A stretch of 64,000 bases of DNA from contig JBHGNT010000016.1 of NCBI GenBank assembly GCA_043228905.1, positions 5,518,001-5,582,000 on the forward strand, read 5' to 3'. Every line of letters begins with the position of its first letter. The stretch's first letter is position 1. Source of the DNA: Azolla caroliniana (Eukaryota; Plantae; Polypodiophyta). A program made the position numbers and the translations under genes. Below the pieces are notes generated by a model. The model made no database searches, was not told where the DNA came from, and was given only the letters and a program-made list of their open reading frames with translations. This document shows, in pieces, positions 63,442 to 64,000 of this stretch.

Positions 63442-64000
63442 CACTAGGGTACAGGCACAAGACCAGAAAGGTAGCGATCTCCATAAACAGTCAAACTAAG
63501 GCACATTATATAAGAAAATATGGTACAGGAAGCTGATCAAAAACTGTGAATGTTCTCAAATTACTCAAAACCGGATTCAATTCCAGGGCTACATCCTGCT
63601 GAGGTTATTGAGGTTATTGGTCGTGAAAAAATTTGTCCTTGCCCTAGTTGAGGTTATTGATGGCCTCACTCTCCTGCGACACAATTATACAGGAGACAGT
63701 CTCTCTATCTCTCCATGTCAGCTTGCACTAGGAAGAGATCACCCTTAAAACTCATCCTAGTATCATTGGTTTGCAGTGGCTTGAGTTTCACAATCTAATG
63801 GTGGATTGGCGAGCTTGACCATCCACCCTGCCAAGAGTGTTGGGTGCCTCATCCTGCTTCCACTCCCATCTCTGGGTCCTTATTTTCATTCCTACAGAAT
63901 CTCTTGTTTCCTCGAAGTCTTATGCCCACCATTCCTCTTCAGGCTGATGCTTCTATTCACATAGGACTCTCCGAGACATTCCCACTCTTGTTTCTGTCCC

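Overview
Eukaryotic nuclear DNA from a land plant, most likely a fern or other non-seed plant. This is inferred from the style of the PLS-PPR gene, a Tcn1-like gag and the LINE/gypsy types. Positions 1-28.8 kb are a transposon graveyard. Its main part is an 18.8-kb, four-level nest: a short-LTR Ty3/gypsy element A (40-18824, TSD ATAT) contains a tRNA-Trp-primed Ty3/gypsy element B (3646-17872, TSD ATGT/ACGT). The 5' LTR of B contains a full-length L1-type LINE (3816-13221, 17-bp TSD), which in turn holds a fragment of a B-related gypsy element C and a solo LTR. Next come two palindrome-built repeat arrays, a Tcn1-like LTR+gag, an unknown pseudo-ORF split by a hAT-like insertion, and a 5'-truncated, 5'-inverted copy of the same LINE. 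Three host genes are present: a single-exon PLS-E class PPR protein (29194-31800, +), a single-exon F-box/kelch protein (35563-37056, -), and six 3' exons of a class I ribose-phosphate pyrophosphokinase (58508-61880, -; its first exon was not found in the window). 38-58 kb is AT-rich intergenic DNA with decayed TE remnants. The most notable observation is a GGATTTT-TAG slippery site followed by a predicted pseudoknot at the protease/RT boundary, conserved in two diverged gypsy elements, suggesting a -1 ribosomal frameshift between gag-pro and pol. All alignments and counts were done by eye; no database searches were run.
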